Part shown: in pieces, positions 18,655-29,329 of the stretch
How the letters are laid out: each line of letters starts with the position of its first letter
How positions within the stretch are numbered: the stretch's first letter is position 1
Assembly (NCBI GenBank): GCA_963823665.1
Contig: CAWGMQ010000004.1
Location: 2,208,001 to 2,272,000, forward strand
Source of the DNA: an uncultured Planctomycetota bacterium
Lineage (GTDB): Bacteria; Planctomycetota; Planctomycetia; Isosphaerales; Isosphaeraceae
Reading direction: 5' to 3'
DNA length: 64,000 nt
Position numbers and translations under genes: made by a program
The notes under the pieces: model-generated
What the model saw: only the letters and a program-made list of their open reading frames with translations
Database searches by the model: none
What the model was told of the DNA's origin: nothing

Positions 18655-19120
18655 CCTCGGGGAACAAAAAGTCGGAAAAGCAGACTGTAACGGTAACTCT
18701 TGACATTAGATAGAGCCCCTACAAACCACTCCGCGAACCGCCTTAAAGCAACGGTCATGCCACGCGTGTTTTCGCTGGTGCAACCCGCGACTCCTACGTC
18801 GGTTGCAACAATGATCATTCAGGAGAGGTCCGGCCGATACGGCCGCTATCGTGCAAATTGCACAGTGCCGATTCTCAATTTGCACGACAGCAAACAGTGA
18901 TAATTTGTCCGCAAACGATCGACTGCGGCATTGTGATTCGCATTTGACATCTTGCAATGCGCGGCCTGTTTTGCCCAAATCAGCAATACAAAGCTGTTTG
19001 TAAATCTGAACGCACGAGCGAATCGTCCGACTCGCTAACCCATAACGGCATCGGCAGAGCTCAGCAAGGCAGAACCCGCTATGTTGAAAGCGGACAACTG
19101 ACAACTCACGAAACTCAACC

Positions 19121-19897
19121 ATGCCTACCGGTATACGCATCGCTGGCGAATTCTGCTGGTTCAACATCTTGACGCCGCAGCCGGTTTTGGCACGCGAGTT
19201 CTTCTCCACAGTCCTCGGTTGGACGTACACCGAGATACCCGGAATGGGCCATCGCGCTCAGGTCCTCGGCTGCGATGTTGGCGGTATCTTCGACTTGGCC
19301 GGTCCAAGTGCTTCTCCCGGCACGCTACCGCACATGGGCGGCCTGGTGAAGGTTGCGAGTGCCGATTCAACCGTCGAGAAGGTCTTGGCACTCGGTGGCC
19401 AGGCATCTCCAGCATTCGACATCGCAGACCAAGGCCGCATCGCCGCATGCACTGATCCGAGTGGTGTCAGGTTTACGATATGGGAGCCCAACACATTTCT
19501 GGGCACCGACGTCGACAGCACGCTACACGGCGCTCCGAGCTGGTTCGAGGCGTTGACGACTGACGTCGACCGCGCAATGAATTTCTACGCCGGTGTGTTT
19601 GGCTGGATCCCCGAGCCAATGACACCGGTACCGCCGGCTTCGATCAACTACACCCTATTCAAGCTGAGCGGCGCACCCGTAGCGGGAATGCTGCAGATCA
19701 CACCCAGGATGGAAGGCATCTCACCGCACTGGGTAACCTATTTCACGGTGGATGACGCTGACGAGGCTGTGCAACTGGCAGTGCAGCTCGGCGCCAGCAT
19801 CTACATGACCATGAAGGAAGCCCCAGGCGTCGGCCGTTTCTGCGGCATCACGTCACCGCAGGGCGTCACGTTTTACGTGATCCAATACCCTCGCTGA
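19121..19897 (+). CDS. Two-domain VOC (glyoxalase/bleomycin-resistance) family protein
   Basis: GEFCWFNI...FFSTVLGW and APSWFEALTTD...FYAGVFGW paired domains; HWVTYFTVDDAD. Confidence 0.88.
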   Translation: MPTGIRIAGEFCWFNILTPQPVLAREFFSTVLGWTYTEIPGMGHRAQVLGCDVGGIFDLAGPSASPGTLPHMGGLVKVASADSTVEKVLALGGQASPAFDIADQGRIAACTDPSGVRFTIWEPNTFLGTDVDSTLHGAPSWFEALTTDVDRAMNFYAGVFGWIPEPMTPVPPASINYTLFKLSGAPVAGMLQITPRMEGISPHWVTYFTVDDADEAVQLAVQLGASIYMTMKEAPGVGRFCGITSPQGVTFYVIQYPR

Positions 19898-19900
19898 CAT

Positions 19901-20740
19901 TTATTGAGGTGCCGCGGAAAATCCCTCAGCGGTGACGAGAATAGGCTTTCGAAACAGCGGGGCGCCTGCCGCATTTCTTGCAAGCTTGGTCAGACTGTTC
20001 CAGTCGCCATCCTTTGGCGCCTGCACGAGAACGAGTGTGTCTCGATCGGGAATCATCGCGGCAAGCGTCTCACCGCACTTCAAAGACTCTGGGACGAGGA
20101 GCAATCTGGCAGCATCGTAGCTATCAAGCGACTTGACGACGTTCAGATTCGGCTTTTCCACGGCACTACGAACGAGCTCGCTATCGAATGATCGACCGAG
20201 GTTCTCTTTCGCGAGCGTGAGCGCAGCAGCAGGCGATTCAAGGCCCAGCTCAGAAAGCTGCGAGCTGGTGAGGTAGGCCACGCTGTTCTTGCTGTCCAGC
20301 ACAAAAACAACGGACAGGTCTTCCACACCGAGTGGAACACCCGGCACCTCGGCTGTTAATTGTCGATTCAAGCCGGCAAGAACATTCGCAGTGACGATCC
20401 GTGGCATGACTTTTCGCTGGTCGTCCGGCCCGAGGTGAGCAAGTGATTCTCCCTCTGATAAGGTGGCAATAACGATGTCAAAGAGCGCTTCGCGTCCTTG
20501 CGCGTCTTGCGGTGCATCACGGTAAATTCGATTCAGGAACAGGGTTCCAAGGTCTTCGCCGGAATCACGCTGCAGCATGAGAGCTGTGCTTGTTTCACGA
20601 ATGATGGTCAGATCTGGCCGTTTCTCCGCCAGATAGGCGCGAAACTCACGTCGCAACCCTGTTCGACGAGTAAACATGGCAGTCAGACCCAAGGCCACGA
20701 ACCCGCCGAGACCAATCATTAACCAAAAGAGGATCGTCAT
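19901..20740 (-). CDS. Membrane-anchored DUF1444-like protein
   Basis: N-terminal TM; DSYDAARLLL and IPDRDTL motifs. Confidence 0.55.
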   Translation of the reverse strand: MTILFWLMIGLGGFVALGLTAMFTRRTGLRREFRAYLAEKRPDLTIIRETSTALMLQRDSGEDLGTLFLNRIYRDAPQDAQGREALFDIVIATLSEGESLAHLGPDDQRKVMPRIVTANVLAGLNRQLTAEVPGVPLGVEDLSVVFVLDSKNSVAYLTSSQLSELGLESPAAALTLAKENLGRSFDSELVRSAVEKPNLNVVKSLDSYDAARLLLVPESLKCGETLAAMIPDRDTLVLVQAPKDGDWNSLTKLARNAAGAPLFRKPILVTAEGFSAAPQ

Positions 20741-21013
20741 TTAGCGTTCTTCATGGCTCGAAAGGCGGCAACTCAGGCGAGAGCTGAGTTGGGCATGGGA
20801 GTGCTCGATCCCGTCTACGAGGCATCTTCAACAAGATCCTAAACAATTGGTAGGGTAATCCACCATCTGGTAAACTGAATCCGGAAGAATCTGCGCAAAA
20901 AACCGAACAAAACGCCACTCTCATGGCGTAATGTTTGGCGGAGCCGTGCGCACATTTTCAAACAAGTAGCTCATGCCGCTTTGATCTCAGTCCGCGATTT
21001 CCCGCCCTAGCGA

Positions 21014-23002
21014 TTGATCGCCGACGTTGGAGGCCTGTCCTTGTTTGCCGGACCGATCATCGCCCGCGAGGTTTTGACGGCCCCTCGGCCGCTGCGCTAT
21101 TACCTTTGGCGAGCGTCTTTCTCCTGTTTTCTGTTCATCCTGTTGTGGACCGCCTGGCAGTCGATCATGGGCTGGCAGGATGTACGCGAGCTGGGCGTCA
21201 TGGCCCGGTTCGGCGGTATCCTCTATGTCATGTTTGCAATGCTCCAGTTGACGCTCATGCTCTTCTTCGCGCCTCTGTTCACGGCGGCGGCAATCTCCTA
21301 CGAGAAAGACCGGCGAACGTTTACACTCCTCTTGATGACGGATCTCTCGGATCTGGAGATCGTGCTCGGAAAACTCGTTGCGGGGCTTTTGAACATCCTG
21401 ATGATCCTGGCCGCCAGTATCGGTCTGGTATCTCTCTGTGCGTTATTTGGCGGGATCTCGTTCGGCCAGGTCGTGAATCTCTTCGCCGTGACTGCCGCAT
21501 CCGGCGTGGCGGGAGGTGCCCTCGGGCTCTTGATCGCGCTCTGGCGTGACCGAACCTTTCAGTCGATCTCGCTGACGATTCTGATGGTGGTGTTCTCCGT
21601 CGCCGGAGTCGAGTTGTTCGCTTACTTTTGGCCCAAACTCACGGTGATGAACGTCCCGCTCGCTCAAGTCCTCAATCCTTATCGTGCGATGCTTGCGGTC
21701 CTCTATCCCGACAGTTCACAGCTTCACGCAGTTGTCCGAGCAACCAGCGTGGTCTACATAGGGGCAAGATTGACATTTGCGGCTGTGCTCGTTGCGTTCG
21801 GAACCTTTATGCTTCGAGTGTGGAACCCGGGCAAGAACGAACCGCGCGAACTTCGCGAGGGAGCTGAAGCCGAGGGAATCGAGACTCTCGTCGAGGTTGC
21901 AGAGGAAGACGCCGAGATTAGAGCGACAGTTGGCCGAGCAAAGGTCGAAGCAAGTGCGGCCGCAGGCCAAAACGGTGCAGGATTTGATAGAGGGGGTGGC
22001 GTGGCCGTCGCTTCGAAAGAGCTGCCCCCGGCTCCGCACGAGATCGGCCTACCTGGCAAGGAATCTCCTACGACCGGCCTCCACGTGCCCAGGCGAACGC
22101 ACCGTCGGATCGCCGCTGCCCCAAAACGGTATCGCCAGCCGTGGTCTAACCCGATCCTGTGGCGCGAGTTGATGACCCGTGCTTACGGAGCCAAGCCTCT
22201 GATCATCAAGGGGTGCTACATCCTGCTCTTTGCGCTCGGAATGGGCTTTTTCACCGTCCTGGGAGCGGAGATGGAAAACCCGCTCACATCCGGCCTGGCG
22301 CTGATTCCGATCGGCCTGACCATTCTGAGCCTGATTCTCGTGAATGCGCAGGGCGTCACGGCACTGACCAGCGAGCGCGACACCGGCGCGCTTGATTTAC
22401 TTCTGGTGTCCGAGCTCACTCCCAAGGAGTTCATCTACGGCAAGCTCTACGGAATTCTGTACAACAGCAAGGAGATGATCGCCCTCCCCGTCATCACGGC
22501 AATCGTCATGGCGTTCATGGGAATGCTCAGCGGCGAAAACCTGATGTTTTTCCTGATTGACTTCCTTCTCTTGTGCCATTTCTCCGCGATGCTCGGTCTT
22601 CACGCAGCCATCACATACACCAGCAGCCGGACCGCCGTGGCCCACAGCTTGGGTACCATCTTCTTCCTGATGGTCGGCATTTTGCTGTGTGCGTTCCTGA
22701 TCATGCTCAACCGCCAGGAGGTCGCTCGACAGCTTCTCTCCTTCATGATCTTCATCGGTGCCGGCAGCGTGGCCCTCTTCGGCTCGATGGGTGCCAAGAA
22801 TCCGTCTCGCGCCATCGCCTTGGTTGCAATCCTCACCCCGTTCTGGACGTTCTACTGCATCACCAGCCTTTTAAACGGAGACCTCCTGGCGGCCTTCCTG
22901 GTCAGCGCTGGAATCTACGGCTTCGCCTTGCTGGCGATGCTCGTTCCCGCCGTCGGCGATTTCGACATCGCCCTGGGCCGAACCAACGCAATCCAGGGAT
23001 AA
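21014..23002 (+). CDS. ABC-2 type permease with two tandem membrane domains
   Basis: AISYEKDRRTFTLLLMTDLS..EIVLGK and ALTSERDTGALDLLLVSELT..EFIYGK. Confidence 0.85.
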   Translation: MIADVGGLSLFAGPIIAREVLTAPRPLRYYLWRASFSCFLFILLWTAWQSIMGWQDVRELGVMARFGGILYVMFAMLQLTLMLFFAPLFTAAAISYEKDRRTFTLLLMTDLSDLEIVLGKLVAGLLNILMILAASIGLVSLCALFGGISFGQVVNLFAVTAASGVAGGALGLLIALWRDRTFQSISLTILMVVFSVAGVELFAYFWPKLTVMNVPLAQVLNPYRAMLAVLYPDSSQLHAVVRATSVVYIGARLTFAAVLVAFGTFMLRVWNPGKNEPRELREGAEAEGIETLVEVAEEDAEIRATVGRAKVEASAAAGQNGAGFDRGGGVAVASKELPPAPHEIGLPGKESPTTGLHVPRRTHRRIAAAPKRYRQPWSNPILWRELMTRAYGAKPLIIKGCYILLFALGMGFFTVLGAEMENPLTSGLALIPIGLTILSLILVNAQGVTALTSERDTGALDLLLVSELTPKEFIYGKLYGILYNSKEMIALPVITAIVMAFMGMLSGENLMFFLIDFLLLCHFSAMLGLHAAITYTSSRTAVAHSLGTIFFLMVGILLCAFLIMLNRQEVARQLLSFMIFIGAGSVALFGSMGAKNPSRAIALVAILTPFWTFYCITSLLNGDLLAAFLVSAGIYGFALLAMLVPAVGDFDIALGRTNAIQG

Positions 23003-23013
23003 TTCTCTGTTGA

Positions 23014-23129
23014 ATTGTAGCAGGCACACTCCGTGTGCCGCCCGCCAAGAGCTTTAGAAGGCTAGCAATGACCCACCCCGTGCTCTTATTGTAGCAGGCA
23101 CACTCCGTGTGCCGCCCGCCAAAAGCTTT
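23014..23129. repeat. Two direct copies of a GTAG-type REP-like palindrome (42 bp, period 74 bp)
   Basis: attGTAGcaGGCACACtccGTGTGCCgcccgccaaRagcttt at 23014 and 23088; one mismatch. Confidence 0.85.
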
Positions 23130-23176
23130 GCAATGGCAGCACCGGCCCGACCAATGCCTTCTCAAGGATCAGCGAG

Positions 23177-26100
23177 ATGACTTCTAGGATGATCGCCGCG
23201 AAGCGAGAGCCGCAACAATCACGGCGTTTGATCAAACTTTTGCTAGGGCTAGTTTTGACCAGCCTCGCGGTCGGCGCTAGGGCTCAAGATGATGAGCTCG
23301 CCAAGGAACTCCCCCGTATCTCACCGCGATCGCCGGCCGAGGCCATGAAATCGTTCCGGCTTCATGACGGCTTCCACCTGGAAGCCGTGGCCGTTGAGCC
23401 AATGGTCATGAATCCCGTCAGCGTTTGCTACGACGCCCACGGCCGTCTGTACGTCGTCGAGATGCGAGGCTATCCCTTTCCGGAGAAGAACCCCAGCGGC
23501 CGGGTGACGCGCCTCGAGGATCGTGATGGCGACGGACGGTTCGAGACGCGAACAGTTTTTCTGGATGGTCTCTCATGGCCGACGGGAATTGTTCCTTATT
23601 CAGGAGGTATCTTCGTCGCCGTCGCGCCGGAGATCATCTACGCCAAAGACACGAACGATGACGGAATCGCCGACGTCCGGAACATGATGTTCACCGGTTT
23701 CGGAACCGACAACGTTCAGGGGCTCTTGAACGGGCTGCTATGGGGTCCAGACGGTTGGATTTACGGTGTCGCGAGCGTGAATGGCGGCATCATTCAAAAT
23801 CGATCCCGGCCTCAGGATGCGCCCGTGTCTGTCCGAGGGCGTGACTTCCGCTTCAAGCCGGATGGCTCGGCGTTTGAAGCGATCTCCGGCGGTGGACAAT
23901 TCGGGCACTCGTTCGATGACTGGGGCCATCGATTCACATGCAGCAACAGTAACCACATCCGCCAGATCGTACTCCCTTCTCATTATCTCGAGCGCAATCC
24001 AGACCTGATCCCACCACCCGTTGTTCTCGACATTGCCGCCGAAGGGCCCGCCTCGCCTGTCTACCGCATCAGTCCCCCGGAGCCGTGGCGAGTAGTGCGA
24101 ACTCGCCAGCGAGTCGCTGATCCTGCCATGTTGCGGCGACTGCCCAGAACCGAGTTATTTGCAACCGGCTTTTTTACATCCGCAACCGGGCTCACTATCT
24201 ACCGCGGCTCGGCTTACCCACCGGAATACCGTGGTAACGCCTTCGTCGGCGACGTCGGGGGCAATTTGATTCATCGCAAGGTCCTTGAACTGGATGGACC
24301 TACCTACCGCGCCCATCGAGCCGATCAGAAGATCGAGTTTCTCGCCTCGACCGACAACTGGTTTCGTCCCGTGAATTTCGCCAATACGCCCGAGGGAACA
24401 CTGCTTATCCTCGACATGTATCGCGAAACGATCGAGCACCCGGTATCGATACCAGAGCCGATCAAGAAGCACCTCGATTTGACCAGTGGACGCGATCGCG
24501 GCCGCCTTTATGCACTGGTTTATTCCCCTGAGCAAGCACCAGAGCGCAGGCGCAACCGTACGAAGCCAGGCAGCTCGAGCGTGGCCGAGCTTGTCACACT
24601 TCTGGCCGACCCTGATGCATGGTGGCGTGAGACAGCCCAGCGGCTGCTGTTCGAGCGTCAGGATCGCTCGGCTCTCTCGTTGCTGCATGCGATGGTCCGT
24701 GAACGGCCGAATGCTCTAGGTCGCCTGCACGCGATCTGGACACTCGAGTTACTCAGAGCGTTGGATGCCGGCTCAATCAAGATCGGCCTGGCCGACCCGG
24801 AGCCACGGGTACGTGAAGCCACGATCCGCCTGGCGGAGGCCCGGCTGGCACGTGATCCAGATCTGCTTGATAAGACCCTTGCACTGGCTTTTGACCCGGA
24901 TCCCATGGTGCGTTTTCAACTCGCCTTCTCCCTCGGCGGGCTCAAGAACGACGCTCGTGTGCTATACGCGCTCCAGTCGATTGCGAGGAAAGACAGTGCC
25001 ACCCAGTGGACGCGCACGGCTGTGCTTTGCGCCATCGCCGGCGCCCCACTCCCTTTCCTCGACCTCCTCGCAAAGAACGATGCCTTCCTCGCGAGCAGTT
25101 CGGGCCAGATCTGGATCGACGAGTTGGCGTTCCTCGTTGGGTGTGGGCGAAAGTCGGATGATGCAAGTAGATTGCTTGACCGGCTGCGTGTCGCGGGTGT
25201 GAGTTCCGGCGGCCTGATGCGTGCGTTACTGGCACTTGGACGTGGCCAGACACGCAAGGGTGGCTCATTCGAGTCGTTGGTTGCCTCGGATTCATTGCCG
25301 CCAGCCAGGAAGCTCTTGGCCGAGGCTGCCGACGTCACTGTTACCGGACGTTTGGTCGAGGACCGCCTCGCTGCGATCCGACTGCTTGGCCTCGGTGATC
25401 CGAAGACGGCTCGCCGGCTGCTTCCTCAGTTGCTTGCCGCACGCGAGCCGACAGCGATTCAACTTGCAGTGCTACAGACGATGAACGGCTTTCTGGACCG
25501 ATCCGTCGCTGCTGAGATCCTCAACCGGTGGAAAACCATGAGCCCATCGGTCCGTCGTGAGGCCGTTGAGGTACTCGTTGGCCGGCCGGAAGGGATCGAG
25601 GCTATGTTGGATGCCATGGAGTCGCGCTCGATTGCCCCATCTGAGGTTGACCTCGCCCGACTGCGCCAGTTGGAGACACACTCGAATTCCAGATTCCAGA
25701 GTCGTGTCCGGAAGATTCTGGCATCAGGTGCCGTACCATCACGAGATCGCGCTCAGGTGGTAAGCACATACCGCCCGGCGCTGAGCATCACGGGCAACCG
25801 CGATCGGGGCCGCGAGATCTTTGCTAAGGTCTGTGCGACGTGTCATCAAGCTGAGGGCCACGGAATCGACATTGGTCCGAACCTCGCAACGGTTACCGGC
25901 CGCTCGCCTGAAGACTTGCTGGTGCACATTCTGGACCCGAATCGCGAGGTGGCTCCAAACTTCGTGAATTACAACATAGCCACCGTGCAGGGCCGTCTGA
26001 TCTCGGGAATCATTGTCGAAGAAACGGCCAGCGCAATTGTTCTCAAGCGGTCGGAGGGCGCAACCGACACGATCCCCAGGGAGCAGATTGATCAGGTGCA

Positions 26101-26218
26101 ATCAACCGGGCTTTCGCTGATGCCAGAAGGCCTGGAGAAGGTCCTGACGGTCCCCGAGTTTGCCGATCTGATCGCCTTTGTCAGAACGATCCGCCCAACG
26201 GCCGCGCCGGCGAAATAG
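23177..26218 (+). CDS. PVC-type membrane-bound dehydrogenase domain / HEAT / CxxCH heme-binding protein
   Basis: Signal peptide, NGLLWGPDGWIYG, DNWFRPVN, HEAT-like repeats, CATCH and SLMPEGL. Confidence 0.9.
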   Translation: MTSRMIAAKREPQQSRRLIKLLLGLVLTSLAVGARAQDDELAKELPRISPRSPAEAMKSFRLHDGFHLEAVAVEPMVMNPVSVCYDAHGRLYVVEMRGYPFPEKNPSGRVTRLEDRDGDGRFETRTVFLDGLSWPTGIVPYSGGIFVAVAPEIIYAKDTNDDGIADVRNMMFTGFGTDNVQGLLNGLLWGPDGWIYGVASVNGGIIQNRSRPQDAPVSVRGRDFRFKPDGSAFEAISGGGQFGHSFDDWGHRFTCSNSNHIRQIVLPSHYLERNPDLIPPPVVLDIAAEGPASPVYRISPPEPWRVVRTRQRVADPAMLRRLPRTELFATGFFTSATGLTIYRGSAYPPEYRGNAFVGDVGGNLIHRKVLELDGPTYRAHRADQKIEFLASTDNWFRPVNFANTPEGTLLILDMYRETIEHPVSIPEPIKKHLDLTSGRDRGRLYALVYSPEQAPERRRNRTKPGSSSVAELVTLLADPDAWWRETAQRLLFERQDRSALSLLHAMVRERPNALGRLHAIWTLELLRALDAGSIKIGLADPEPRVREATIRLAEARLARDPDLLDKTLALAFDPDPMVRFQLAFSLGGLKNDARVLYALQSIARKDSATQWTRTAVLCAIAGAPLPFLDLLAKNDAFLASSSGQIWIDELAFLVGCGRKSDDASRLLDRLRVAGVSSGGLMRALLALGRGQTRKGGSFESLVASDSLPPARKLLAEAADVTVTGRLVEDRLAAIRLLGLGDPKTARRLLPQLLAAREPTAIQLAVLQTMNGFLDRSVAAEILNRWKTMSPSVRREAVEVLVGRPEGIEAMLDAMESRSIAPSEVDLARLRQLETHSNSRFQSRVRKILASGAVPSRDRAQVVSTYRPALSITGNRDRGREIFAKVCATCHQAEGHGIDIGPNLATVTGRSPEDLLVHILDPNREVAPNFVNYNIATVQGRLISGIIVEETASAIVLKRSEGATDTIPREQIDQVQSTGLSLMPEGLEKVLTVPEFADLIAFVRTIRPTAAPAK

Positions 26219-26289
26219 GCTGAGCTGGTTGAAAACGTGCGATCTAAAGGAAGGAGCGTTGATTCCCCGCCGCCGACCTTGCGCAATGC

Positions 26290-26322
26290 TTTCCCCCCCC
26301 CTAAAAAGGGGGTTGGGGGGGT
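26290..26322. repeat. C-tract/G-tract palindromic dispersed repeat, copy 2
   Basis: tttccccccccctaaaaagggggttgggggggt between convergent genes. Confidence 0.55.
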
Positions 26323-26352
26323 GCATTCCGGATTCCGGCCGCCCATCGCCAA

Positions 26353-28431
26353 TCACTGCCCCGCGATGCGGGCACGCTCGGGGGCAGCCGCAGAGAGAAC
26401 CTTCGAGCCAAGGGTCAAGTAGTCGCACACGATGTGAATAACCTCGTCGTTGTAGAAATCGGAGGTCCACACCTCGCGCTCGGTGAACTTCTTCTTCTTG
26501 AGGGCCTTCTTGGCCTTTTCCTCGGCGGCTTTTTCTTCGGGATCCTCAGGCACGTATTCCGATCGGAACTTCGCCTCATTGAGCGAGATCGAATGCCGGG
26601 CCTTGCGCTCGATGAACTTCTGGATCTGCTCGTCGAGCTTCTTGAATTTGGGGTCGGCTTTCCGGCGTTCGACTGACCGCTTTTCAAGGGTTGCGACTAA
26701 GTCAGCGGGAACCCGGTGATAATCATCGTGCGGCAAGTCGCCCACTTTGTCGAACTTGAAGGCGTTGTCCATCTTCCCCTCGCCAAAGTCCCGGTGGTCG
26801 TTCATCGAAGGAATGTGGATGTGGGGAGGGACACCATTGATCTGCGTGCTCTCGCCGTTGGCGCGGTAGAACTGCTGAATGGTCAGCTTGAGAACGCCTC
26901 GGTTATTCGATGAACCAGTCCGGCCACGTCGCGTGTGCTCGCCGATCATCACGATCTGCTGGACCGTGCCTTTGCCGAAAGTGCTCGAATCGCCGATAAT
27001 CAAACCTCGGTTGTAATCGCGGATCACGCCCGCGAAGATCTCCGAAGCGCTCGCACTGAACTTGTCGATCAGCACGATGAGCGGGCCATCCCAGGCGGTT
27101 CCTTCCTCGTCATCGTCGTGATGCCGTATGCCCACCGACTCCTTCACCTGAACAACCGGGCCGGTGTCGATGAAGAGCCCCGACATGGTCTTGGCTTCAT
27201 CGAGCAGGCCTCCGCCGTTCTGGCGAAGATCGACCACAGCCGCGTCGACGCCGTCGGCGCGATACTGCGTCAAGATCCTGCGGCAGTCGGTGGTCGCACT
27301 CACGGCGTCTTGGTCGCCACGGAGGATGGCGGTTGTGTCGCCGTAGAAGGCAGGCAGACTGATGATCCCGATCTTCAGGGCCTTGCCGTTATCAGCCTTG
27401 GCCTCGATCACCTTGCTCTTGGCATGCTGTTCCTTCAGCTCGATTTTCTGGCGAGTCAGCTCGTAGATGCGTTTTTCCTTGGTTCCGTCCGGCTGGACAA
27501 TGAGGCGCACTTTGGTGTTTTTCGGCCCGCGAATGTAGCGGACGACATCGTTGAGCTTCTTCTCGACCAGGTCGATCGTTTCGCCGTCCTTCTCGACGCC
27601 GATGATCTTGTCTTCTGGCTGAAGCCGGCCGTCCTTGTCAGCAGCCATCCCGGGCACGATCTCCGTCACAATCGCATAGCCGTCCTCGGACCGAAGCTGG
27701 GCGCCGATTCCCTCGAGCGAAAGGTGGAGCTGCTGGTTGTACATGTCCTCCCAATCCTTGGGCCCCAGATACGCAGAGTGGGGATCAAAGGTCTTGGCGA
27801 GGTTCGTCAAGTAGGCTTGGAGCAGCTCGCTCGAATCAATCTGGTGTGCTTGCCTGTTACGATCGCGATAACGAATCGTCCACTTCTTCACAGCCTCTTC
27901 GTCGCTGACATCCTCGACGACTTTCGAGTAAAGCAAGTCAAATTTGACTTTCTTGCGCAGCCGGGCATCGGCTTCGGCATTATCAACCGGGAAATTAATT
28001 TTCTCGGAGTCGTCTGAAAGATACTCGTCAACCGTGAAGTCGTGCTTTTCCTTCAGCAGGTTCATCTGTGTCTTGAATCGCTCGTCCTGACGCGTCAAAT
28101 AGCGAGCAAGCACCTTCTTGGCAAAATCGACGTTCCCGTCTTTGATCTGGTCGTCCAGCGTGCTCGCTTCCTTCTTGAACTCTTCAACATCAGCTTTGAG
28201 GAAGTAATATTTGGCCGGATCCAGTTCCTTGATGAAGTTGTCGCACCACTTGACCGCAATTGCGTCGTCGATCTGAGGACGAGCGATGTGCAGCCGCTCG
28301 AGAAGCTGGACGACAACGCGCGCAGTTTCCTGATCTTCCGACTGCGGGCCAGGAGCCTGAGCCCCGACCACCACCGCCATCAAAGCCAGGATCGCGACTA
28401 GAACCAATGGTCGAAATGCGACTCGGGGCAT
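26353..28431 (-). CDS. prc: Carboxy-terminal processing (tail-specific) protease, S41A
   Basis: Signal peptide, DPHSAY, PDZ (LEGIGAQL), DLRQNGGGLL, SASASEIFAG and FGKGTVQ. Confidence 0.92.
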   Translation of the reverse strand: MPRVAFRPLVLVAILALMAVVVGAQAPGPQSEDQETARVVVQLLERLHIARPQIDDAIAVKWCDNFIKELDPAKYYFLKADVEEFKKEASTLDDQIKDGNVDFAKKVLARYLTRQDERFKTQMNLLKEKHDFTVDEYLSDDSEKINFPVDNAEADARLRKKVKFDLLYSKVVEDVSDEEAVKKWTIRYRDRNRQAHQIDSSELLQAYLTNLAKTFDPHSAYLGPKDWEDMYNQQLHLSLEGIGAQLRSEDGYAIVTEIVPGMAADKDGRLQPEDKIIGVEKDGETIDLVEKKLNDVVRYIRGPKNTKVRLIVQPDGTKEKRIYELTRQKIELKEQHAKSKVIEAKADNGKALKIGIISLPAFYGDTTAILRGDQDAVSATTDCRRILTQYRADGVDAAVVDLRQNGGGLLDEAKTMSGLFIDTGPVVQVKESVGIRHHDDDEEGTAWDGPLIVLIDKFSASASEIFAGVIRDYNRGLIIGDSSTFGKGTVQQIVMIGEHTRRGRTGSSNNRGVLKLTIQQFYRANGESTQINGVPPHIHIPSMNDHRDFGEGKMDNAFKFDKVGDLPHDDYHRVPADLVATLEKRSVERRKADPKFKKLDEQIQKFIERKARHSISLNEAKFRSEYVPEDPEEKAAEEKAKKALKKKKFTEREVWTSDFYNDEVIHIVCDYLTLGSKVLSAAAPERARIAGQ

Positions 28432-28864
28432 GGAGTTCTGTTCCTGATTTGAGATCCACTCGATCTGATCAGAGTCCAAACTCAGTCCGTTTTATCTTAG
28501 CCGTGAAATCATTAGGGGACAAGGGCATCAATGGCCTTCAAGCAGCCGGCTCGGCATGACCGAACCACGGGCCGTAACAGCTTTTGGTAGCTAAGAGTCC
28601 ACAATCCGAGTCAAATAGCCAACCTGATCTTCGGATTTTTCGATACGGTTTGACCAATCTTCTCGATGTGAAACCCCACTTCCCAGGCCGCACAATTTAT
28701 TCCCTGTTCATCATCTTTACGTTTCCCAGCTACAAGAGTTCGCCAGCTTACAAAGGGAAAGCGATCGTGAAGCCGAATTATATCAAGTCGACGCGATTTT
28801 TCGTCGATCTTTACGATTACGACTTCCTGTTCTGCATCGAAGCGAATTCTGACAGTCGAACGCC

Positions 28865-29329
28865 ATGAGCCGTCAAGCAGGACCTAGCATTCTCTTGAGC
28901 GTACTGATCGTGTGCTTCTTCGCCGTCGCCCTGTTTCAGCGCGACCTGCCGCGCACACAGATGAACCGGCCCCGCTCATCTCTTCGGAAGCCGGGAGCTG
29001 GCCCTGCTGTACCCTCAGCCCTACCAGCTACGCGCAGGGCGTCAAGCGATGGTCCGGCGCGTTAAAATGCGGAGACCCGAGCAAATAAGTCCAGCAGGCC
29101 GAAGCCAGTTTCTCCGCACGCACCTCGATCGGCGTTCACGGTCACTCTGCCCAGGGAAACCATCGAGGATGTCGCGTCTCGGGTCTACGGCACGATCGAT
29201 TTGGCCGACTCGCTCTGGCGAGCGAATCGCGATGCCTTACCGAAGCGGAATATGGTCCTGTCGGCCGGAATGCTGCTGCGCACTCCCAATATTCCGCCGG
29301 TTCAAGCTCAAACGGCGCTGCGGAAGTAG
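28865..29329 (+). pseudogene. Membrane-anchored LysM-like protein interrupted by one in-frame TAA (29063-29065)
   Basis: N-terminal TM. The same frame continues past the TAA into FTVTLPRETIEDVASRVYGTIDLADSLWRANRD...LSAGMLLRTP, ending at TAG 29327-29329. Confidence 0.7.

Noticed and set aside
18711..18719. tagagcccc, the same 9-mer as the -10 part of the 44-bp element, 57 bp upstream of kup
   Set aside because: The GTAACAAC part and spacer are absent, so it is not counted as a third copy
18655..19120. c-di-AMP riboswitch upstream of kup
   Set aside because: Only a weak gctaac-containing resemblance, and on the wrong strand; an Rfam scan would settle it
23014..23129. Possible mini CRISPR array
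   Set aside because: Only two units, no cas genes, and the structure is REP-like
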